Shown here: positions 36,857-47,271 of the stretch, piece after piece | How positions within the stretch are numbered: the stretch's first letter is position 1 | How the letters are laid out: each line of letters opens with the position of its first letter | Source: an uncultured Methanosarcinaceae archaeon | GTDB lineage: Archaea > Halobacteriota > Methanosarcinia > Methanosarcinales > Methanosarcinaceae | Length of the DNA: 64,000 nt | Assembly: GCA_963833425.1 (NCBI GenBank) | Contig: CAWHXP010000015.1 | Location: 64,001 to 128,000, forward strand | Reading direction: 5' to 3' | The notes under the pieces: generated by a model | Told to the model about the DNA's origin: nothing | The model's database searches: none | Seen by the model: the letters and a program-made list of their open reading frames with translations, nothing else | Made by a program: the position numbers and the translations under genes

Positions 36857-37328
36857 CTAAGATTCCTCCAATATATTTCTATAGATTTATAATATAAATG
36901 ATTTTTGCGTCAAAATATCTGCCCAAGATTCAGATTTTTCCGGTTGAAAGATTTTGGTCGTACACAATTATATGATTGATGTTTTCAAATACCTAAATGT
37001 AAGCAAATCTCTTAATATCTAGTTTGACTATGTAATTTCACATCTCTCACAGATGTGTTTTTAAATCTGATTTTCCTTCGTCTTTATATTTTAATTCACC
37101 TTGCTCACTGCAAACATTAAAATGTGTGCAGTAGAGCCTCAAACGATTAATTGGCAAGTCTTTTTGGCAATGTACCAAAAATTCTGTTAATTCCAATTGC
37201 CCCAGTACCCTTTCTCTTTGTCATACAAAATAGAATTCATCGTTTTTATTGACATACAGTTCTTGTACTAAAACATGTGAATGCGAAAAAAGCGGAAATA
37301 TAAAGCAATTGATATTTCTGCACTCGCA

Positions 37329-37640
37329 TTAATGATTTATATTAGACTTTGTACCTTTCTTTACAGCGTTGTTCAAACTCTGTCCGTGAACTGTATTCTG
37401 TATATTTGAACTGGGTCCAGTACTGTTTCTGTTCACAGGCTGGCCATGAACTGTATTCTGTATACTGGAGCTGGTGTTGTTTCCAGCTGATGTTTGAGCA
37501 GGCGTTAATGTGCTGGGAGTTTGTGTTGTGGGCGCGTTCATATTTACATTACCATTACCCGATTTACTAGTGCAACCTGCCATAACCACAACGGTTGCAA
37601 GCACAAGTAGAATCATGGCAAATTTATATGTTTGATTCAT
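37329..37640 (-). CDS. Putative small lipoprotein, T/S/N-rich, with internal repeat
   Basis: Hydrophobic N-terminus with lipobox-like MAGC; IQNTVHGQ twice at a 60-bp period. Confidence 0.7.
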   Translation of the reverse strand: MNQTYKFAMILLVLATVVVMAGCTSKSGNGNVNMNAPTTQTPSTLTPAQTSAGNNTSSSIQNTVHGQPVNRNSTGPSSNIQNTVHGQSLNNAVKKGTKSNINH

Positions 37641-38708
37641 GGCTTAACCTCTGTTTGTTTTAGTATCATCACTATTTTATTTCCATCAATAACGATTTTA
37701 ACCTTCTAATCATCTTAAAATTGAGCAAGATATAGCTTATTTTACCTACGATATCTTCAATTTCTCTGCTTCAATGAAATTTAGGATAATTAACTACCCA
37801 AAAATCAGGGTCAATTATAATTGGATACCTAACATTTAACCATTCTGTGATGTCACCTTGCTTGGCAAATCTTTATTATTTTTAATATGCCACGCCAACA
37901 GCTCTTTATTGAATTCATTAACAGAATCATGCAACGGCACATTTATTTTTGGTACACTGCATTGGAAACTGCCTTATTAGCTTTCATGGAGCAAAAATTT
38001 AGTTCGGTGGGCAGAGAAAGCAGGCACAAAACCAAAGTAGGTATCTAATCACAAAATGGGGAAAAAAAAAATCTTATCCTAAGGATTTTGCCCGAAGGTG
38101 CTCACGTGAATGTAACTAACTATGTGGTTTTTTTATTTACATCTCTTCTTCGTATAAAAATATTGAGAATGTATATAAGTAAGTTTAGCAAACTAGGACA
38201 TTTGGCGCAAAGCGCATTCCAGATAAAAATATCAATCAGCTAATTAAACTATTGAATCAACAGGGGGAACATAATTCGATCATGCTTTTTGAGTGAAAAA
38301 TTAAATGTTCAATTTGTGAAGATTTCCAGGAATAATAAAAACATAATTAATATAGAACTGTTGTTTGATTTTAAAACGTTTTATGGGAAATAAATTTTAG
38401 TCAAAAATTATTTTTCAGAATATAATTAAATTATATAATAAGATAATCGAAGGATAGCCATTGATAGATTAAAGGTAAGTTTCTCTTCACTAGCATAAAT
38501 ATAAAATTAAATAAAAAAAGGAATATTATTATAGCACTCTACTGTTTATTCAATAACATTGATGCATAATACATCTACAATGTGTGAATATTTACCTCTT
38601 AAAAAGATGAGCATGTTCTTTCCTAAGTGAATCGAGAAGCTCTGCATTTAATTTTGCATCATAAAGTGTTTTCACTTTAGAAAGCTGGTCAAATGTTAAA
38701 AGCCGACA

Positions 38709-39363
38709 ATACAACAATCATGAGATGGGTACATCAATATTCACCTGAAATAGAAAAGAAGATAAGAAGACATTTAAGGCTAACAAACTATTCGTGGAGA
38801 GTTGATGAAACCTATATCAAAGTAAAAGGTAAATGGGACTATTTTTATCGAGCAGTTGACTCAAATGGAGATACAATTGATTTCAGATTAAGTTCAAAAC
38901 GAAATAGAAAAGCAGCGAAGAGATTCTTTAAGAAAGCTTTAAGTTCTAATCATAATCAAATTCCAAGATTAATAACCGTTGATAAGAATCCAGCTTATCC
39001 ACCTGCTATAGATAAACTGAAAAACGAGAAAATACTACCTAAAAACGTAGGCATTCGACAAATAAAGTATTTGAATAACATTATAGAACAAAATCACAGA
39101 TCTATAAAGAGAATCGTTAATCAAATGTTAGGATTTCAGTCTTTTCGATCTGCTAATAAGACTTTAAAAGGAATTGAAGCTATAAATATGATCAAAAAAG
39201 GACAAGTAATCGATCTAAATTACTCTGTTCTTAATGAAGTCAAATACATTAATCAATTATTTGGTATAGTTTTATAATGTTAGTACATTTTCCTTGAATA
39301 TTTTGATTTTTATTCATTACTAATAGATTTACATGCTTATTTCGAAATTTTTGCAACGGAACC
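38709..39363 (+). mobile_element. IS6 copy, 5'-truncated, right IR present
   Basis: Near-identical to the reverse complement of 35465-36119; ends tttttgcaacggaacc. Confidence 0.93.
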
Positions 39364-39587
39364 ATTTTGGTTTATTATCTTAGTGGAACTAAACTTCCCA
39401 ACATATATTCTATATTTATTCTGCTAAAATTTTTTAACGAGAATATATATATTTTAAAAATTTATTGCACTATGACTTATGATATTAATTATATAGTAAC
39501 AGCTATGTGAGCAGTAATCACTAATGCTTCATTGGTCGCCACGGCGTGAATAGTCAAGGTTCTAATCAAAAAAGAAGGGATAAACAA

Positions 39588-39833
39588 ATGAAATTAAAAA
39601 AGACAATTATAATTTTGGTAATAGTTTTTATAATAATTTCCCTGGGAGCTTTGACGGTAAGTGCAGGCTATGGAAGACATCATGGACACAGTCCTAGGGG
39701 TGGATATGGTCCTGGGCGTGGATATGGCCCCGGGGGGGGATATGGGTCGTTTAGAACTGATTTGATGGCTCGAGTATTTGCCAATACAACTACATGGGAC
39801 CAGGATACACTCAAAATAGCAAGCAATAGATAG
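39588..39833 (+). CDS. Small secreted glycine-rich protein (3' part possibly degraded)
   Basis: Signal peptide, then GGYGPG/RGYGPG/GGYG 18-bp repeats. Confidence 0.55.
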   Translation: MKLKKTIIILVIVFIIISLGALTVSAGYGRHHGHSPRGGYGPGRGYGPGGGYGSFRTDLMARVFANTTTWDQDTLKIASNR

Positions 39834-40312
39834 TTGAAGCGGCAAAGCTATCGCAGATAGCATAGCTATTTAATTTTTAACAGTTCACTGCTACTTTTGA
39901 TATTATTGATGAAGATCAACTGTTCAGCTGCATTGTGGATGCAAAGCGCTTCCCATTATCCTTTAGCTTTCAGAATGCCGAAATGGATAATATTTGATCT
40001 CGCGTTTTTAAACACATGACTGAGTCGTGAAGGGCAATAGAAAGTTAAGAGACTGAAATATGGATTCTTTAAAGAATAAAATAATATGATTTCGATATTA
40101 AGTTGATTTTCGCAACAATTATAAAAATAATATTTTATTGTTCTCATCTTTAAAGTGTCGCCGCTCTTTTCAGTATTTATTAAAAAGAGCTAGTAGCCTA
40201 AGTTTACGAGCAATAATGACCGGTCATTGAGTTATTTATGTTGTCAATCATTCTTTTTAGAGTCTTCTGCAGATATCACCAACTCAAATATAAAATCAAA
40301 ACCTACAATGAT

Positions 40313-41354
40313 CTATTCAAACCTATTTTTGAATTTTTTAGTTTTGTCTATGAGTGTTATTTTTTGAGACTGTGAATTTTGAAGAACCTCGATATCATGA
40401 TTTACTATTTTTTTAACTTTTAATTCTGAATTTATATTTAGATGTAAATCATTAGCTTTCTTCAAGTATTCTTGAGTCTTGTTTTCATTTTCTAATATAT
40501 AATATGTTAACGCTATGTTATAATAAAAATAGTATTTTTTTCTCATCATAAGTAATTAAATAAACTGGCTCATTTTGATTAATAGGGTACATAGTAGGCA
40601 CTTGATTAATTGTTAGATCTTTTGTGTCATTCTGTTCCATTATTTTGATTTGTTGCTCTTGAGATTTACTAGCATCTTTGAACTCGCCTAGACATCGGAG
40701 AGAATTAGAAAGACCGATGTATGCATCTAAATATGCCGAGCTTAGGGTTACTGTATCAAAATACCACAGTGTGGCATTTTTATAATCTTTTGCCTCATAA
40801 TATGCTTCTGCAAGGTAATTTCGATAGATCCTGTTCCATTTTGATATCACAACAGCTTTCATAAACCATTCCAGTGCGAGATCAGGTCTCTGTTTTTTAG
40901 TTTCTATAAGCCTCAGACCGATGTATGCAGCAGCAACTGAACCATTCGATAGATTGATAGATTTATTATAGTACTCACCAGCATTCTTAAGCTGATCAAT
41001 ATTAAAATAAAAATCCCCTAAATATAAGTATATAAGTGGATATTTTTTGTTTTCTTCTTGAAGTTTAGTTAACTTGGTTCCCACTATCGCTGGATCACAG
41101 CTTTTATTAATAGCTTCGCTAAACACTTCACATTCAACTAAGTGCCTGGTAGCATTTTGATTTAAAGGATCTACTTTCAAAACTTGATTAAATTCGTTTC
41201 TGGCTGCATCTACTGTTTCAATATATAATAATTGAATGCCTAAATTGTTATGGAAGTTAACAAAATTTTTTTTGATGTTCTTGTTCGTGCTGATCTCCAA
41301 TAACATCAAGACGATATTTAACTTCTTCAAAAGTATAGAAGGGATTGATTCCAT
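40313..41354 (-). pseudogene. Tetratricopeptide repeat protein, frameshifted near 40545
   Basis: TPR-like units (HNNLG, VLKVDPLN, YLYLGD, AYIGL); C-terminus continues in another frame. Confidence 0.75.
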
Positions 41355-42147
41355 AATGAAAATAACCTACTAAAATACAAATAAGTGATATAACTGCAAG
41401 ACAAAATGTAAAATTGGAAGTGATAAAACTAAACATCTTGGTACAAGCTTTAAGAATATTATCTATGCTTAGTATGGTATTTCACAACCCTTTTTTTCCT
41501 TTTGCCTTTTTACAAAAAATATATATAAAATATTTTTAATGTAAAATATGATTATAACAACTTTATTGTGACTTAAGAAAATTAATATATAATTAGTATA
41601 TGAATACTATGATTTAATTTCCATTTATTTTTATCCATCGTGAGAGGAATATAACAACTTTTTTAACAACTTTTTCGGAGTCGTTGCTATCAGACCAGCT
41701 CATATTGTGTCAGGTCATAAGAAAGATATTCCTACATATACTGGAATAATTGAGTTAAGTGAAACCTAGGTACTGAATAGTAGTCTGAAAAGTAAGATTT
41801 TAACTTTTTTAATTTTAGAATATAATGTGACAAAAGTTCTGTAAAATTTGATTGTAGCTGTACCCTTTTTTCTTTCATCACAAAAAAGAAGGATACTGAG
41901 CTAAAGGTTATACTAACAAAGTTATGTTTCTATTTTCTCATTGATGCACAGTTTTTGTAATAAAACATATGTATATTCTCAACTTGGATGCATCCTCGCT
42001 CTTTTTGCACTATTCTTACATCACAAACCTAAAGAATATGAAGAACCCTATTCATTTATTTTTAACAAGCTTATTACTTTTAATACTTCTTTTGCACTTA
42101 TTGGGGCGTAAATCGATAAAAACTTGTATATTCCCATATGTTATGAA

Positions 42148-42924
42148 ATGATCAAGTTACCAAAATCCAGGAAAGCTGAGTCCAACAAGATGATCTACGA
42201 AGAAAAATTAGAAGAAAAGAAAGAGAATCAAGAATATCTGCTTGAAAAAAAAGAGAGACTTATTCAAACATATATTGTAATGTATGGACTATTGCTAGCG
42301 TGCACTCAAAATTTGGATAAAGTGACACAAGTCATATCACTATGTATATTAATCCGTTTCTTAATTTGTGCGATTACATATTACACAGCAATAACTATAA
42401 AAGACGATAAAATAAAAATTTCATTCATAAGATTAGTGCCCCGAATTGAAGCTATAAAAAGCAGCGCTGAAGCAACATCAAAAAATTTTGGTCTTGCAAT
42501 AACAATTTACCTATCCAAAGCTATTTTCTCGTTATTTGACGTTCATAATGTTCCCAGACTCTCATCATGGGTTGTAGTTATTTTATATCTTACCTTTTTT
42601 ATACCAACTAAGTTAATGCATATTATCAGAGAAGCATTCACAATGATTGAAGTACTCAGAAAAAAATTCACAAAAACTGAAGTACTCAAAAAAGTATTCA
42701 CAATAATTGAAGTACCCAGAAAAACATTTATAAAAATTAAAGTACTAAGAAAAGAACATGTAGCTTTATTCTCACTAATTTTCTTTTGTACATATTGTGC
42801 ATTAGCAATATTAATTCAAACATTCTTACAAATACCATTGTTTTTCTTTTTTATTAATATAGCATTGGCTTTATCTGGAATATTTTTAGCAGACACAATG
42901 GCAAAATCACTAAAAATAAACTAA
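42148..42924 (+). CDS. Hypothetical multi-pass membrane protein with a tandem repeat insert
   Basis: Hydrophobic segments; 4x30-bp repeat at 42631-42750; start uncertain. Confidence 0.6.
   Translation: MIKLPKSRKAESNKMIYEEKLEEKKENQEYLLEKKERLIQTYIVMYGLLLACTQNLDKVTQVISLCILIRFLICAITYYTAITIKDDKIKISFIRLVPRIEAIKSSAEATSKNFGLAITIYLSKAIFSLFDVHNVPRLSSWVVVILYLTFFIPTKLMHIIREAFTMIEVLRKKFTKTEVLKKVFTIIEVPRKTFIKIKVLRKEHVALFSLIFFCTYCALAILIQTFLQIPLFFFFINIALALSGIFLADTMAKSLKIN
42631..42750 (+). repeat. 4 x 30-bp degenerate tandem repeat
   Basis: Unit about aaagcattcacaatgattgaagtactcaga. Confidence 0.85.
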
Positions 42925-43381
42925 AAAAGGACCTTTGCTATTTTGAGTGAAGAATTTATAATCACTTTTTAGTTATGGCACAACGCGTGTAATTTATGAA
43001 AACGTCTTGTGAAAATCACATGCAATATTGATATACATAGTTTTTGTAGTAAAATCTATGCAGTAATTAAATAAGAAAAACAGAAGTTTTGTCAGTATAA
43101 GCAGTAACTTTTCATCCTATTATATTTTACAAAACTTTGGGTACGCTGTCAACCGAAGCATAGTAATGAGATTATTAACAAATTCCCAATCTAATTTTTA
43201 TTCAGCGAGTTGGTACTTGATAACAGCTATGCTGGTATTACCCTATATGGATAGGTGGATTGCATGACGAATTCCAAGTATGAGCTAACTACTTTGCGTC
43301 TGGTTTTAGCAACGTTGGTATTACCCCCAATAGAAGTTTATGTTCCTAAAAAAGCTAAATTAAGGCTTCAATGAATTAAAT

Positions 43382-43805
43382 TCAAGATAAGATTAAAGTT
43401 TCTTCAGGAGTTACTGCCTCAATATTTTCTATGCGAAAGAAATGTTTTTTGTTTTTGGTTACTACTCTATTTATGCCCAGAGAAAGGGCTGTTGCTGCAA
43501 TCAGACAGTCATTTAACTCAATTCTCTTTCCACTTCTTACGAGGTCTGCATAAATTTTCCCCGTATCTATTGCTATCCTCGAATCAAGATTTATTACTTA
43601 TACAATATTAAGTAGTTCAAGTGTCCTTTCAAGGGCATCCGGGGATTTTGAAAGGTGCGCTCCGACACTCAGTTCGGCAGCTGTAATTGATGAAGTGTAG
43701 CCCGAATATTCATCTCCCAGGCGTTCTAGAAAATTTATGGAGGAAGGAATGACCATCTTTTCGGAGGCAGTCTACAAATATCGATGTGTCCACAAAAAAC
43801 TTCAT
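43382..43805 (-). pseudogene. VapC-type PIN toxin, inactivated
   Basis: MKFFVDTSIFVD, SSITAAEL, DCLIAATAL, VTKNKKHF; frameshift near 43757 and an internal stop. Confidence 0.85.
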
Positions 43806-44010
43806 TCTACCCAATCCAGACGTGAAGATTTCCGCAGCCGATCAACAAACTCTTCGCTCTCGACATCGTAACCCCAAGCCCACAAGCCGACTCTACAAGT
43901 TCCTTTGAGCTTCGTCTTTCTTTTTTTCGAACCATGTTGAGGATGGAATGAATTTCCCGATCGAGTTCAATAAGTCTCTTTTCGATGTCTCCTGTCGATT
44001 CCATAAACAT
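43802..44010 (-). pseudogene. Putative antitoxin upstream of the PIN toxin, frameshifted
   Basis: Short ORF whose shifted C-terminus (WGYDVESEEFVDRLRK..DWVE) ends in an ATGA overlap with the toxin start. Confidence 0.7.
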
Positions 44011-44413
44011 CAATTAGTCTTAATGCCGTATAACTTTATCTTGAAGGCAGAAGTATCTTTTCTAAAGCCTTAGAAGTCCACGCCAGAATATCTTATCAGG
44101 CCTGCAAATGGTCAAATCAGGACCCAGGGCTCTAGATCCGGGAGAGGGCCTTCAAGAACTTGCAGGATATTCTGATTATTCCAAGGAAATAATTATAGTT
44201 ATTTACACAAAAAAACAATATCCAAAGGAATTATCCAAAATAACCTATGTGTTTCTCATATCATTTTTGTGTTTACTGGGCATTTAATCGATAGAAACTT
44301 GGATATTCCTATATGTAATGAAATGATCCAGTTAACAAAAACATAGGTAGAAAAGAAGAACTCTCAGTTGGGATTTTAACGAAAAAAATGATTAACTGGA
44401 TTTTGTAGTCACA

Positions 44414-44668
44414 TTGATGCAGAGATTTTGCTATAAAACATATGAGGCTCTAGACGCATATGACCAGGCAATTGAAATTGATCCCAATAATTCATTAGCT
44501 TGGTACGATCGCGCATGTATTTATTCTCTTAGAAATAACAAGGATCAATCAATCCTTAATCTAAAGAAAGCTATTGAGCTTTATTCAGCGTATAAAGAAA
44601 AAGCAAAGAACAGCGACGACTTTAAAGGACTATGGAAAGACAAACAATTTAAACAATTTATTAAATAA
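44414..44668 (+). pseudogene. TPR protein C-terminal fragment
   Basis: EALDAYDQAIEIDPNNSLAWYDRACIYSL; no convincing start. Confidence 0.7.
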
Positions 44669-44897
44669 AATTTAATGTTTATATGATGTCTTTGAATCAT
44701 GATCAAATTTTGAAAATCTTTAGTATTAACATAACATATTACATATTTTTATTTTTTAAAAATATATATTATTTCTATTTAAATATTTCTTTGTGAAATT
44801 ATAAAATAAAAAATTATAAATAAAATAATTATGTAAATAGATTGACACTATTTTTGAATATATTAATTAGTATATTATTAATACAAATTTATTAATA

Positions 44898-45046
44898 GGT
44901 TCCGTTGCAAAAATAATTTTACTGCCTTTTTAGGCCATAATTAATGCTTTTTGTATCATTATTGACCTGTTTTTGGTACATCAATATCCCATTTGTGATG
45001 TTTTTCACTGGTTTTGTAAAATAGCCAGATTTTTTGCAACGGAACC
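44898..45046. mobile_element. 149-bp non-autonomous element with IS6 terminal IRs
   Basis: ggttccgttgcaaaaa ... tttttgcaacggaacc; interior unlike the resident IS6. Confidence 0.9.
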
Positions 45047-45350
45047 GGTTTCATCAACTCTCCACGAATAGTTTGTTAGCCTTAAATGTCTTCTTATCTT
45101 CTTTTCTATTTCAGGTGAATATTGATGTACCCATCTCATGATTGTTGTATGGTAGACTTTTACTCCCCTTTCTGCCATCATTTCCTTTAAATTTCTATAA
45201 CTTAATGGATATTTTAAGTACCATCTTACATTTAATAGGATAATTTCCCCTTCATAATGCTTCCATTTAAAGGAATTAGATAGCATGTTACTATCTTTGA
45301 TTTTCTTTTTATTCTATTGTATCAGTAGAAAGGATTTTTTGCAACGGAAC
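45047..45350 (-). mobile_element. IS6 copy, left end plus 5' third of the transposase
   Basis: Near-identical to 36016-36319; cut at WRVDET by the mini-element. Confidence 0.92.
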
Positions 45351-45544
45351 AAAAAAAACCATATCCTTTTTTCCAAAAAAAGATCCGGAATCATAAACTT
45401 CAATTTTAACTGGTTCTACGATAAAAATGTATTCTAAACTTTTATATCCAAGTTTTGACTTTTCGGAAGAGAACTTAAATGGAGAATTTTACTTTAATGC
45501 TCAATTTTTTTCTTCCGGTCACTAAGATTCTTTTGGGTTTCATT

Positions 45545-46240
45545 TTAATCCATAATCCAGGTTCCATAGGATATCGGAGATTTTTTGATCACCTCTTCAT
45601 CGAGAACTTCTCCAAGCATGGCAGGGTCCCGAGCATCCATAACAAGTGCATCGAGCTTGCAGCGTTCTAGAATCTTTGCGGCTACAGGATCTACAGGAGA
45701 CTTGGAGCCTGCTTTCATTTCGATTGTCATAACTATATTTATGAGTTTTTTAGGAGAAATTTTATCGTATTTTACCGCAGTTGGATCACAGTTTGGATCT
45801 GAGGAATAAATCCCGTCAATAGAAGTTGCAATTGTGAGCAGATCTGCCCGCAAGTACTCTGCAAGGATTGCAGCAACAGCATCTGTGGTTTGGCCAGGAG
45901 TAACTCCCCCCATGACCACTACTTTCCCTGAATGCATAGCCTCTGCAGCTTCAATATAGCTTGTTGGGATCTTCGGATAGGCATCTGATCCGATAGCTGC
46001 AATAAGCAGCCGTGCGTTTAGACGAGTAATCTCAATGCCTATATAGTCACAGGTTACTTCATCGGCCCCCATAATCCGCGCAGCATTAATGTAACTCCTG
46101 GCTGCTTCTCCGCCACCCGTTATTACTATTATATTATGTTTTTTTGAGAGGTTTCGGAGAATTACTGCGTATTCTAAATAATGATTCGCATCAAGGTTGT
46201 TTGCGAGAATTGAACCGCCTAATGAGAGTACAATAAGCAT
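45545..46240 (-). CDS. pyrH: UMP kinase
   Basis: VLSLGGS, TGGG..AR.YI, PGQTTDAVA, DGIYSSDP. Confidence 0.95.
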   Translation of the reverse strand: MLIVLSLGGSILANNLDANHYLEYAVILRNLSKKHNIIVITGGGEAARSYINAARIMGADEVTCDYIGIEITRLNARLLIAAIGSDAYPKIPTSYIEAAEAMHSGKVVVMGGVTPGQTTDAVAAILAEYLRADLLTIATSIDGIYSSDPNCDPTAVKYDKISPKKLINIVMTIEMKAGSKSPVDPVAAKILERCKLDALVMDARDPAMLGEVLDEEVIKKSPISYGTWIMD

Positions 46241-46425
46241 GATGATATCTACACATAATTCTGATTTTTAAATGTATCGCTAGACGTTTTTTCTTAAGTC
46301 ACCAAAAATCCCATATAAAGAGAAAACCTAAAGATCCCCAAAATGATAAATAATTTCTCAAGGCAGATATTGTTTAATTTGACTATTGCCTGAAGCAGGT
46401 AAATCTTTTAGATGCGGGGTTGTAC

Positions 46426-47241
46426 ATGGATCTTACTGACATACTAAAGGCTGTTAAAGAAGGGAAAATGGACATTAAGACTGCAGAACAGCAGACCCGT
46501 GGTCTGGGTTTTGTCTCGTATGCAGACATTGCAAAACTTGATTCCCATCGAAAAAACAGGACAGGAATAGGAGAAGCTATCCTTGCCGACTGCAAGGAAC
46601 CTAAGGACTTAGTGGAGATCGCAAGAGTCATGGTTGTAGAAAGTAGAAGAGCCCTTATTACCCGTGTTTCTGCAAGGCATCTGGAAGCTTTAAGGGCAGC
46701 ATTTAGTCAGGATAACATTGAGTGGAATAGTCGAGCTCGTACAGTTGTTATCCATGACGGTACTCCCGCCCCTAAAACAGGTGGAGTTATAGGAGTGATA
46801 TCAGCAGGCACAGCAGACATCCCAGTTGCGGAAGAGGCACGAGTCGTTGCCTCAGAGATGGGCTGCGAAACTATCACTGTATATGATGTAGGAATTGCAG
46901 GAATTCACAGACTCATTCCTGAGATCCAGAAACTGAAAGCCATGATGTTAGGAGCAATCGTTGTTGCAGCTGGAAGGGAGGGGACACTCCCCACAATAAT
47001 TTCAGGACTTATTGATGTACCTGTGATTGGGCTTCCGGTATCTATAGGTTATGGGGCTGGAGGTGAGGGAAAAGCTGCCCTGCTGGCAATGCTCCAATCC
47101 TGCTCTACCATTGCAGTAGTGAATATTGACGCAGGTTTTGTTGCAGGAGCTTACGCAGCTAGAATCGCAAACATGGTTGCAGCTGCTGGTAAACGAGAAA
47201 AAAGGAAAAAACAGAAAAAGAATGCAGTTAATAGCGGATGA
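46426..47241 (+). CDS. larB: Nickel pincer cofactor biosynthesis protein LarB
   Basis: D.HR..RTG..E, SAGTADIPVAEE, DVGIAGIHRL, AGREGTLP, PVSIGYG, VVNID. Confidence 0.92.
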   Translation: MDLTDILKAVKEGKMDIKTAEQQTRGLGFVSYADIAKLDSHRKNRTGIGEAILADCKEPKDLVEIARVMVVESRRALITRVSARHLEALRAAFSQDNIEWNSRARTVVIHDGTPAPKTGGVIGVISAGTADIPVAEEARVVASEMGCETITVYDVGIAGIHRLIPEIQKLKAMMLGAIVVAAGREGTLPTIISGLIDVPVIGLPVSIGYGAGGEGKAALLAMLQSCSTIAVVNIDAGFVAGAYAARIANMVAAAGKREKRKKQKKNAVNSG

Positions 47242-47271
47242 ATTGAAACCAAAATTCAGGAAGTAGTATTT

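Noticed and set aside
39732..39739. G8 tract as a phase-variation switch
   Set aside because: The alternative frame containing MGPGY has stops right after the tract, so slippage would not restore a longer protein.
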